A stretch of DNA of 64,000 bases, taken from positions 84,670-148,669 of the forward strand of contig DFQC01000007.1 in NCBI GenBank assembly GCA_002377585.1. Reading direction: 5' to 3'. Under the pieces are notes generated by a model, which was given only the letters and a program-made list of their open reading frames with translations, searched no databases and was not told the DNA's origin. Source of the DNA: Anaerolineales bacterium UBA3499. Its GTDB lineage: Bacteria > Chloroflexota > Anaerolineae > Anaerolineales > UBA11657. A program made the translations under genes and the position numbers. Below are positions 56,813 to 64,000 of this stretch, in pieces (the stretch's first letter is position 1; each line of letters opens with the position of its first letter).

Positions 56813-58098
56813 CTGAGTACTTATTGTTACGTCATCGCAATCGTGGTGAAGAAAACATTGCAGATTTAGATACCTATCTGAGTTTGGGTGGATTTGAAGC
56901 GTATGAGAAAGTAGTAACTACGATGACTCCACAGGAAGTTATCGATATTGTAAAAGCTTCTGGTCTACGTGGTAGGGGTGGAGCAGGTTTTCCTACTGGA
57001 CTAAAATGGTCTTTTCTCTCAGACCGATTCCCGCGTTATGTTGTTGCTAATTCAGATGAGTCAGAACCTGGCACATTTAAGGATAGAGAGATAATGGAGC
57101 ATAATCCGTTTCAGTTTTTAGAAGGACTAATGATTTGTGCTTATGCTGCTCAAGCGGAAGTAGCATATAACTATTGTAGGGGGGAGTTTTGGGAGCTTAC
57201 TCAGGTTCTAGAATCTAAAGTTCGGCAGTTGAATGATAGAGGTTTATTAGGTAGACGGGTTTTTAATACTGATTATTCATTGCAGATAAACAATCATCTT
57301 GGAGCTGGAGCTTACATTTGTGGAGAGGAATCTGCTTTGTTGGAGTCAATTGAAGGTAAATTGGGACAACCCCGTCTTAAACCACCGTTTCCAGCTGATC
57401 GTGGTTTGTATCAATTACCTACTGTGGTTAATAATACTGAGACATTGACAAATGTTCCTCTTATAATTTCTCGTGGGCCTGAATGGTATAAATCGATTGG
57501 CACTGAAAAAAGCTGTGGACCAAAGATAATGTGCCTTTCGGGACATGCTAAACACCCAGGTAATTATGAAACGCCATTAGGGATTACCTTCCGAGAACTG
57601 ATTTTTGACTTAGCTGGTGGTATACGAGATGACAAAACTCTAAAAGCTATCATGCCATCTGGAGCATCTGCTCCATTTCTACCTGCAAGCGATGAGGTGC
57701 TTGATACTCCATTGACGTATGAAGATATACCTAAGATTGGTTCCCAACTCGGTTCTGCTTCAATCATTTTGCTTGATGAAACTGTAGATATAAGTTGGGC
57801 GGCATTGAAGACTATGAAATTTTTTGAGCATGAATCGTGTGGTAAATGTACGCCTTGTCGCGAGGGTACTTATTGGATGCATCATTTGCTTGGCCGTATT
57901 AATAGCGACCAAGCTGAGCAAGCCGATGTAGATTTATTAGGGGAAGTAGCACAACAGGTTGTTGGAAAGTGTCTTTGTCCATTAGGTGATTTTGCCACTA
58001 GTGCAGTTTTCTCTGGCATCGAATTGTTTCAGCAAGATTTTAATTCACATATACCTGATGCAGCGAATGGCGCAGATAACCTCAACAAAAATAAGTGA
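56809..58098 (+). CDS. nuoF: NADH-quinone oxidoreductase subunit F
   Basis: 429 aa. Has GLRGRGGAGFPTGLKW (FMN site), GAGAYICGEESALLESIEG and ESCGKCTPCREG (N3 cluster). Confidence 0.95.
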   Translation: MTEYLLLRHRNRGEENIADLDTYLSLGGFEAYEKVVTTMTPQEVIDIVKASGLRGRGGAGFPTGLKWSFLSDRFPRYVVANSDESEPGTFKDREIMEHNPFQFLEGLMICAYAAQAEVAYNYCRGEFWELTQVLESKVRQLNDRGLLGRRVFNTDYSLQINNHLGAGAYICGEESALLESIEGKLGQPRLKPPFPADRGLYQLPTVVNNTETLTNVPLIISRGPEWYKSIGTEKSCGPKIMCLSGHAKHPGNYETPLGITFRELIFDLAGGIRDDKTLKAIMPSGASAPFLPASDEVLDTPLTYEDIPKIGSQLGSASIILLDETVDISWAALKTMKFFEHESCGKCTPCREGTYWMHHLLGRINSDQAEQADVDLLGEVAQQVVGKCLCPLGDFATSAVFSGIELFQQDFNSHIPDAANGADNLNKNK

Positions 58099-60650
58099 CT
58101 CTCATGACTGAAACTATTCTGGTGAACATTGATGATAAAGAAGTTGCTGTACCTAAAGGTACTTTAGTTGTTGACGCAGCTAAAAGAGTTGATAATGACA
58201 TTCCAGTTTTTTGTTATCACCCTAAATTGGATCCGGTAGGCATGTGTCGGATGTGTCTGGTAGAGGTTGGTACGCCTCTTCGTGACAGCGAAACTGGAGA
58301 TATGATGCTAGAGGAAAACGGGCAACCAACAATCAATTGGATGCCGAATCTTCAAACTGCGTGTACCATGGTTGTGTCAGATGGTATGCGCATTCGTACA
58401 ACTACTTCGCAAGTAACACGTGCTCGCAAAGATGTGGTTGAATTTCTGCTGACTTCCCATCCGCTTGATTGTCCAGTTTGTGACAAGGGCGGCGAGTGCC
58501 CGCTACAGAATCTTACTATGAGTCATGGTTCCAGTGAGTCTCGGTTTCTTCTTAAAGAGAAGATGAATATTGAAAAGCATGTTCCTTTGGGTGAACTCAT
58601 CTTTCTTGATCGAGAGCGGTGTATACAATGTGCTAGATGCACACGTTTTCAGGATGAGCTAGTAGGCGATTCTGTTATTGGTTTTGATGAGCGTGGAAGA
58701 TCATTGCAGATTATCACTCATTCAGACCCAGGATTTGATAGTTATTTCTCGGGAAATACAACAGATATATGTCCTGTAGGTGCACTTACAACAACTGACT
58801 TTCGTTTTGGGGCACGGCCATGGGAGTTGTCGCATACCCCCTCTATATGTCCACATTGTCCTGTAGGATGCAACTTACACATTAATACTCGTCGTAGCGG
58901 TCAAGATGGTAATTGGTCAATTAAGCGTGTTATGCCAAGACAAAATGAACAAGTAAATGAAATATGGATTTGTGATAAAGGCCGATTTGGTCATCACTTT
59001 GTTAGTAGCCCAGATCGTCTAACTACCCCTATGGTGCGTAGGCATGGAGAATTGGTGGAGACTTCTTGGGATATTGCGTTGGGTCTAGTATCTGAAAAAA
59101 TGCAGTCAGCCAATGGATCTATAGCTGGAATTGCAGGCGAACGACTTTCTAATGAGGATCTCTTTGTATTTCGAAATCTAATTCAGGCGAATGGTGGTCG
59201 TGTGTCACAGTGGCCTGGTCTTTTGGGCGGTGGAGATTTGGTGCAGCAGGTGGGAGTAGGTGTTGATACTGATATAGCAAAATTAGGAGCAGACACTGCC
59301 ATATTGGTGATAGCCAGCGACTTATCTGAAGAAGCTCCACTGTGGTGGTTTAAGGTACGACAAGCGGCAACTAAGCTGGGCGCATCATTAGATAAAAGCA
59401 GAGCTGCTCTAATAGTGGCAAATGCCCGTGATACCAAGCTTGATAAAATTGCAAGACATTGCGTGCGATACAACTATGGTGATGAGGTGCGGACTATATT
59501 GGCTCTAAGTCATGCCGTTACTGATGGCCAAACTGGAATAATGGCAAACATAGCTGCAAACGATAATGACGATGTGATTGCTGCGGCTGAAGCTATATCA
59601 GAAGCCAATAATCTGATTATCATCTACGGTGGTGAAGGCCAAAATTATGCTGCATCCAATTCATTAGCGCAAGCTTGCTCCAATCTTTTGATAGCTAAGG
59701 GTAATGTCGGTAAGAAAGACAACGGTTTGATACCAGTTTGGTCACACTGCAATACGCAAGGTGCGTGGGATATGGGTGTGAAACCATCAGGTGTAAGCGC
59801 GGCTGAGTTTGTTGCAGATGCAGATGTGGTTTTGCTTGCAGGTGCAGATCCGGTTGGTGATGGAGAGGCTTTGTCAGAACATTCGTTTGTAGTAGTTAGT
59901 GAACTTTTCAAAACCAAGACTACCATGAACGCTGATGTAGTACTACCCGCACAAGCGTTTGTTGAACGCGAAGGTAGTTACACAACTGGTGATCGGCGAG
60001 TACAACGGTTCTATCCAGCTCTTCCTTCTTCTGAGAACGTTCTACCAGACTGGGAAATATTCCAGAGAATTGCTAATGAAATGAATATGGGAGATGTGTC
60101 GGCTGGCCCTGCTGCAATTATGCGTCAGATATCCTTTGAAGTACCACGGTATCGGGATATAAGTTATGAAAATCTCGCAGCTGTAGAAGAGCAATGGCCG
60201 GACATTGGTGGAGACGATAGTTATTATGGTGGTACGGGATTTCAGAATGCAGGTGGTCTTGGTATGCAAATTCATTCTTTGACTGAGAATGGGGTTGCTG
60301 TTAATCCGGGAGATGTAGAGCCCATTGGATTAGCGACTGGAGAATTGTTAGGGGTTCCAGTGAATGTTTTGTATGATCGTGGTAGCACATTTGTCAAATC
60401 CGAAATTATGAATTCTAGGGTATCAGACCCTTACATTGAAATAAATTTTGGCGATGCGTTGACATATAACGTCGCAAACGGGGACATGGTATCACTAATT
60501 GTAAATGGCAAAGAGTGGGAATTAATAGCCCGTGTTAGCAATGATGCTCCGCAGGGAGTAGTCCTAATTCCTCGTAGCATGGATGGACCAATGTTGCGAG
60601 GTGTTGTACCTGTAAATATAAATACAATTGACAACGGCTTAAAAGAATGA
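58095..60650 (+). CDS. nuoG: NADH-quinone oxidoreductase subunit G
   Basis: 851 aa. N-terminal CYHP.L...G.CRMCLVEV, HPLDCP.CDKGGEC.LQ and C..C.RC.RF cluster motifs, followed by a molybdopterin-oxidoreductase-like domain. Confidence 0.9.
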   Translation: MTLMTETILVNIDDKEVAVPKGTLVVDAAKRVDNDIPVFCYHPKLDPVGMCRMCLVEVGTPLRDSETGDMMLEENGQPTINWMPNLQTACTMVVSDGMRIRTTTSQVTRARKDVVEFLLTSHPLDCPVCDKGGECPLQNLTMSHGSSESRFLLKEKMNIEKHVPLGELIFLDRERCIQCARCTRFQDELVGDSVIGFDERGRSLQIITHSDPGFDSYFSGNTTDICPVGALTTTDFRFGARPWELSHTPSICPHCPVGCNLHINTRRSGQDGNWSIKRVMPRQNEQVNEIWICDKGRFGHHFVSSPDRLTTPMVRRHGELVETSWDIALGLVSEKMQSANGSIAGIAGERLSNEDLFVFRNLIQANGGRVSQWPGLLGGGDLVQQVGVGVDTDIAKLGADTAILVIASDLSEEAPLWWFKVRQAATKLGASLDKSRAALIVANARDTKLDKIARHCVRYNYGDEVRTILALSHAVTDGQTGIMANIAANDNDDVIAAAEAISEANNLIIIYGGEGQNYAASNSLAQACSNLLIAKGNVGKKDNGLIPVWSHCNTQGAWDMGVKPSGVSAAEFVADADVVLLAGADPVGDGEALSEHSFVVVSELFKTKTTMNADVVLPAQAFVEREGSYTTGDRRVQRFYPALPSSENVLPDWEIFQRIANEMNMGDVSAGPAAIMRQISFEVPRYRDISYENLAAVEEQWPDIGGDDSYYGGTGFQNAGGLGMQIHSLTENGVAVNPGDVEPIGLATGELLGVPVNVLYDRGSTFVKSEIMNSRVSDPYIEINFGDALTYNVANGDMVSLIVNGKEWELIARVSNDAPQGVVLIPRSMDGPMLRGVVPVNINTIDNGLKE

Positions 60651-61648
60651 TTGGTATTGCAATTGAAGCCCTTATCAAAAGTGCACTCATTGCATTTGTA
60701 TTGCTAACTGCATTTGCTTATCTTACCTTTGCGGAGCGAAAGATTGCGGCCTTGATGCAGGTGCGTAAGGGGCCAAACAGAGTAGGGCCTTGGGGATTGC
60801 TGCAGCCAGCAGCGGATGGTATCAAGCTTATATTTAAGGAAGAGGTGATGCCTGCTGGAGCAGATAAAGTACTATTTTTTTTGGCTCCTATACTGACGAT
60901 GATACCAGCTATAGTGATTGTGGCGGTTATACCAGTAGGTCCGGATGTAGAGCTATTTGGAAGAACTATACGGCTTGGCATTAGTGATTTGAATGTAGGA
61001 CTTTTATATATTCTGGCTATAGCTTCAGTGGCCGTGTATGGAATTGTGTTAGCAGGTTGGTCATCAGCTAATAAATATGCATTGCTGGGCGGTCTGCGCG
61101 CATCTGCTCAAATGATAAGCTATGAGATAGCCTTAGGCCTTTCTATTATTGGGCCGATCATGTTAGCTGGTACATTAAGTCTTCAGGGGATTGTTCAAGC
61201 TCAACAATCTAGTACATGGTATGTGATTTGGCAGCCTTTGGGAGCGATGATTTTCCTGATTGCTGGGTTGGCAGAGTTAAATAGGGCTCCTTTTGACATG
61301 CCTGAAGCGGAACAAGAGTTGACTGCTGGTTATTTTACTGAATATTCTGGGATGAAGTTCTCTCTATTTTTTATGGGTGAATATATTAAAATGGTTGCAG
61401 TCAGTGCAATTGCTACTACACTTTTTTTTGGAGGTTATTTAGGTCCATTTGTGGACAAACTTCCATGGCTTGGTATCTTGTATTTCGCAATAAAAACAGG
61501 TGCTTTTTTATTTTTGATGATATGGATACGATTAACATTACCTAGGTTGCGTTATGATCAGCTTATGGCTTTTGGCTGGAAAGTGTTGCTCCCATTAGCG
61601 CTTTTCAATGTTGTCATTACTGCAGTGGTGATAGTTTTTGTTGGTTAG
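60647..61648 (+). CDS. nuoH: NADH-quinone oxidoreductase subunit H
   Basis: 333 aa, polytopic. Has AERK..A..Q.R.GPNRVGP.GLLQP.ADG.KL. .KE and E.E.EL..G..TEYSGM.F..FF..EY. Confidence 0.95.
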   Translation: MIGIAIEALIKSALIAFVLLTAFAYLTFAERKIAALMQVRKGPNRVGPWGLLQPAADGIKLIFKEEVMPAGADKVLFFLAPILTMIPAIVIVAVIPVGPDVELFGRTIRLGISDLNVGLLYILAIASVAVYGIVLAGWSSANKYALLGGLRASAQMISYEIALGLSIIGPIMLAGTLSLQGIVQAQQSSTWYVIWQPLGAMIFLIAGLAELNRAPFDMPEAEQELTAGYFTEYSGMKFSLFFMGEYIKMVAVSAIATTLFFGGYLGPFVDKLPWLGILYFAIKTGAFLFLMIWIRLTLPRLRYDQLMAFGWKVLLPLALFNVVITAVVIVFVG

Positions 61649-61660
61649 GAGGTTATTGAT

Positions 61661-62161
61661 ATGGTAACCGAAATTATGAAAGGTCTAGCAACAACTTTAA
61701 AGCATGTTTTTCAGCCTAGGATTACCATTGAATATCCAGAGGAAAAGCGGACCGTAAGACCACGTTTTAAGGGGCGTCATGTACTTAAGCGTTATGAAAA
61801 TGGTTTAGAAAAATGCATTGGTTGTTCACTGTGTGCAGCTGCATGTCCAGCTGATGCAATATTTGTTGAAGCGTCAGAGAATACCGATGCAGTACGGTTT
61901 TCTCCAGGTGAGCGTTATGCTTCTGTATATGAGATTAACATGCTAAGGTGTATTTTTTGTGGTTACTGTGAAGATGCTTGTCCGACAGAGGCTATAGTGC
62001 TAGAGCATGATTATGAATTGTCTTATTACGATCGTGAGAGTGCAATCTATGTAAAAGATAGACTTCTCGTACCGTCAGTAAAAGGATCAGATATTACACC
62101 AATGGAAGTTGAACAAGGTGAATTTGACCGTGCTATTCCAGATATGGAGGACCCATCTTAA
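61661..62161 (+). CDS. nuoI: NADH-quinone oxidoreductase subunit I
   Basis: 166 aa. Has two 4Fe-4S ferredoxin motifs, [12 protein letters not shown] and [12 protein letters not shown]. Confidence 0.95.
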   Translation: MVTEIMKGLATTLKHVFQPRITIEYPEEKRTVRPRFKGRHVLKRYENGLEKCIGCSLCAAACPADAIFVEASENTDAVRFSPGERYASVYEINMLRCIFCGYCEDACPTEAIVLEHDYELSYYDRESAIYVKDRLLVPSVKGSDITPMEVEQGEFDRAIPDMEDPS

Positions 62162-62165
62162 ATTG

Positions 62166-62717
62166 ATGTTACCAAACATACCTGAGTTGGTGATTTTCTT
62201 GGTGTTGGCTGTAATTGCTGTTGCAGCAGCATTGGGAATGCTGGCCAGCTCTAACGCGATTTACTCGGCACTTTTTCTTGTGGTCAATTTTGGTGTCGTC
62301 GCAACATTTTATTTGTTGTTGGGCGCGCCATTTATTGCAATGGCTCAAGTGACTGTTTATGCTGGGGCAATCATGGTGTTGTTCTTATTTGTGATTATGC
62401 TATTGGGTGCGGAAAAAATGAAACAAACCAGTCACAATTTATTGTGGCAGAAGCCACTTAGCATAGTGTTGATCGTATTATTGTTGTCGATTTCGTTTTA
62501 TGTGGTATTAGGACAAGGAGTTAGTGTGGGGTCGGATCTAATGCAAAATGCATCTGGTTATGGGAGTCCTTCTGCTATTGGAACCTTGTTGTTTCAAAAA
62601 TACCTATTTCCATTTGAAGCTACTTCAATTCTGCTTTTAGCTGCGATGGTAGGCGCAGTTGTTTTGACTGGTGTACGTAGACAACGTAGACGGATTAGAA
62701 AATCTAGGCGCTTATGA
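62166..62717 (+). CDS. nuoJ: NADH-quinone oxidoreductase subunit J
   Basis: The longest ORF (62109) overlaps nuoI. The ATG at 62166, 4 nt after the nuoI stop, starts at the first TM segment. Has the [17 protein letters not shown] motif. Confidence 0.85.
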   Translation: MLPNIPELVIFLVLAVIAVAAALGMLASSNAIYSALFLVVNFGVVATFYLLLGAPFIAMAQVTVYAGAIMVLFLFVIMLLGAEKMKQTSHNLLWQKPLSIVLIVLLLSISFYVVLGQGVSVGSDLMQNASGYGSPSAIGTLLFQKYLFPFEATSILLLAAMVGAVVLTGVRRQRRRIRKSRRL

Positions 62718-63016
62718 TACCAACTTCTTACTATCTTGCTCTTTCTGTAATATTGTTTGCTATAGGTGTAGCTGGTGTGCTATTACGTCGCAATGCGATA
62801 ATTCTTTTTATGGCAATAGAACTGATGCTCAACTCAGCTAATCTGGTTTTTGTAGCTTATTCACGCCAGTTCGGAGCACTAGATGGGCAGATATTGGTGT
62901 TTTTTGTGATGACTGTAGCTGCTGCTGAGGTAGCAGTGGGACTTGCCTTAATTGTGACGATATTTCGTTCCAAAGCATCTATTGATGTGGATGATATAAG
63001 TATGTTAAAAGGATAG
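62714..63016 (+). CDS. nuoK: NADH-quinone oxidoreductase subunit K
   Basis: 100 aa with three TM segments. Has the IELMLNS.NL and AAAE.A.GLA motifs. Confidence 0.95.
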   Translation: MIPTSYYLALSVILFAIGVAGVLLRRNAIILFMAIELMLNSANLVFVAYSRQFGALDGQILVFFVMTVAAAEVAVGLALIVTIFRSKASIDVDDISMLKG

Positions 63017-63025
63017 AAGATTATA

Positions 63026-64000
63026 GTGTTCGAATTGGTACCCTTTATACTGTTGTTTCCTGTACTTGGCCTGTTGACCAACTTGGTTTTTGGTCGCTAC
63101 TTAGGTGAAAGATTTGTTGGTATTATCGCTAGTGGTGCAGTAGCTGCCTCATTTATTGTATCTGTCATTCAGGTGTTTGCTTTAGTTAACAATAATTTTC
63201 ACGTAGAGACCGTTCTTGTGGCCGATTGGATAACTATTGGGAAGATGTATCTTCCCTGGCAGATTCGTGTGGATACTCTCTCGGTAACTATGATGGTGCT
63301 AGTGACTGGGGTAGGAACATTAATACATATTTACGCGGTTGGCTACATGCATGGAGACAAACGGTTTGCACGATTTTTTGTGTATCTGAATTTGTTTGTG
63401 GTTATGATGTTGGTTCTTGTAGCAGCCGACAATTATTTGATGTTATTTGTTGGTTGGGAAGGCGTAGGTATATGCTCCTACTTGTTGATAGGATTTTGGT
63501 ACGATAAAGGTGATGACAATCTAGGAAACGCTCGTGCAGGTCGCAAGGCTTTTGTGGTAAATCGGATAGGTGACTTTGGTTTTCTAATTGCTATGTTCAT
63601 GATCTTCGGAGCTGTGGGTTCTTTGCAATTTGATGCTGTTTTATATTACTTTGAAAATCATGGGATGGAAGTTGGCCAATTGGCTACTACAATAACCTTA
63701 CTGTTGTTGGTGGGTGCTGCAGGTAAATCTGCTCAAATTCCTCTTTTTGTTTGGTTACCAGATGCTATGGCTGGACCGACTCCAGTTTCTGCTTTGATAC
63801 ATGCAGCCACAATGGTAACTGCTGGAATTTATATGATGGTTCGCTCAGCTCCTATCTATGCTATAGCTCCTTCATCTCAGATGACAGTAGCATTATTAGG
63901 TGCCGGTACTGCATTAATGGCAGGTACTATTGCTTTAGCACAGTGGGACATTAAGCGTGTTTTAGCATACTCTACTATTAGTCAGCTGGGTTTTATGGTC
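63026..64000 (+). CDS. nuoL: NADH-quinone oxidoreductase subunit L (N-terminal 325 codons; continues beyond the window)
   Basis: Not in the ORF track because there is no stop in the window. I translated by hand from the GTG at 63026: (M)FELVPFILLFPVLGLL...VDTLSVTMMVLVTGVGTLIHIYAVGYMHGD...LFVGWEGVGICSYLLIGFWY...AGKSAQIPLFVWLPDAMAGPTPVSALIHAATMVTAG...AYSTISQLGFMV. These are hallmark NuoL/ND5 blocks. The frame stays open to base 64000. Confidence 0.9.
   Translation, partial: MFELVPFILLFPVLGLLTNLVFGRYLGERFVGIIASGAVAASFIVSVIQVFALVNNNFHVETVLVADWITIGKMYLPWQIRVDTLSVTMMVLVTGVGTLIHIYAVGYMHGDKRFARFFVYLNLFVVMMLVLVAADNYLMLFVGWEGVGICSYLLIGFWYDKGDDNLGNARAGRKAFVVNRIGDFGFLIAMFMIFGAVGSLQFDAVLYYFENHGMEVGQLATTITLLLLVGAAGKSAQIPLFVWLPDAMAGPTPVSALIHAATMVTAGIYMMVRSAPIYAIAPSSQMTVALLGAGTALMAGTIALAQWDIKRVLAYSTISQLGFMV

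Noticed and set aside
63226-63954. ORF-track entries 63226-63507 (93 aa) and 63751-63954 (67 aa)
   Set aside because: Both are out of frame within the hand-translated nuoL reading frame (63026 to 64000 and beyond), which carries hallmark NuoL motifs. The listed ORFs are Cys/Trp-rich frame artefacts.
1-64000. Scan for CRISPR arrays, IS elements/transposases, integrases, toxin-antitoxin pairs, restriction-modification or other defence islands, and rRNA
   Set aside because: I saw no regularly spaced direct repeats, no terminal inverted repeats flanking ORFs, and no recombinase, transposase or defence-type motifs in any translated ORF. Both tRNAs are flanked by ordinary housekeeping genes with no integrase nearby.

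Overview
One contiguous, densely coding stretch of an AT-rich bacterial chromosome (roughly 40% GC by eye, not computed). I found no rRNA, CRISPR array, transposase, integrase or obvious prophage or defence island. Most of the window is housekeeping.

Layout:
- (A) 1-17.3 kb, + strand. A tsaB 3' fragment is followed by a ~17 kb envelope-glycan cluster. It holds 3 nucleotide-sugar enzymes, 5 GT4-type glycosyltransferases, 3 membrane GT-C (ArnT/PMT-like) enzymes and an interposed family-4 uracil-DNA glycosylase.
- (B) 17.3-23.2 kb. DsbA-like oxidoreductase, icd, a three-gene succinate dehydrogenase with one atypical large membrane subunit, and tRNA-Arg(CCU).
- (C) 23.2-33.2 kb. Class-V aminotransferase (minus strand), two tandem membrane proteins built from ComEA-like helix-hairpin-helix repeats, glpD, an APC permease fused to two Usp domains, and a CPA1 Na+/H+ antiporter.
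- (D) 33.2-40.1 kb, minus strand. A complete trpEGDCFBA operon preceded by what reads as a tRNA-Trp T-box leader with an intrinsic terminator.
- (E) 40.2-47.4 kb. GIY-YIG protein, M50 protease, DUF951, MGDG-synthase-like GT28, GNAT, CbpA-like J-protein, tRNA-Gln(UUG), glmU and a CorC/CNNM-type protein.
- (F) 47.6-53.4 kb. recO, a fused glyQS and dnaG.
- (G) 53.5-64.0 kb. nuoA-nuoL; nuoL runs off the window and is missing from the ORF track.

The gene content suggests a monoderm Terrabacteria lineage such as Chloroflexota. The supporting features are the recO-glyQS-dnaG order, the T-box trp operon, DUF951, the MGDG-synthase-like gene, the single-subunit SDH anchor and the many GT-C enzymes. This is inference only.

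Most worth a second look:
- the tandem ~900-aa GT-C paralogs with an internally duplicated C-terminal module
- the two HhH-repeat membrane proteins, whose topology appears opposite to ComEA
- the SDH membrane subunit with a CHSCRH motif
- the palindromic operator-like sites at the nuo and dnaG 5' regions

I cannot show that any of these is a truly undescribed system without database searches.
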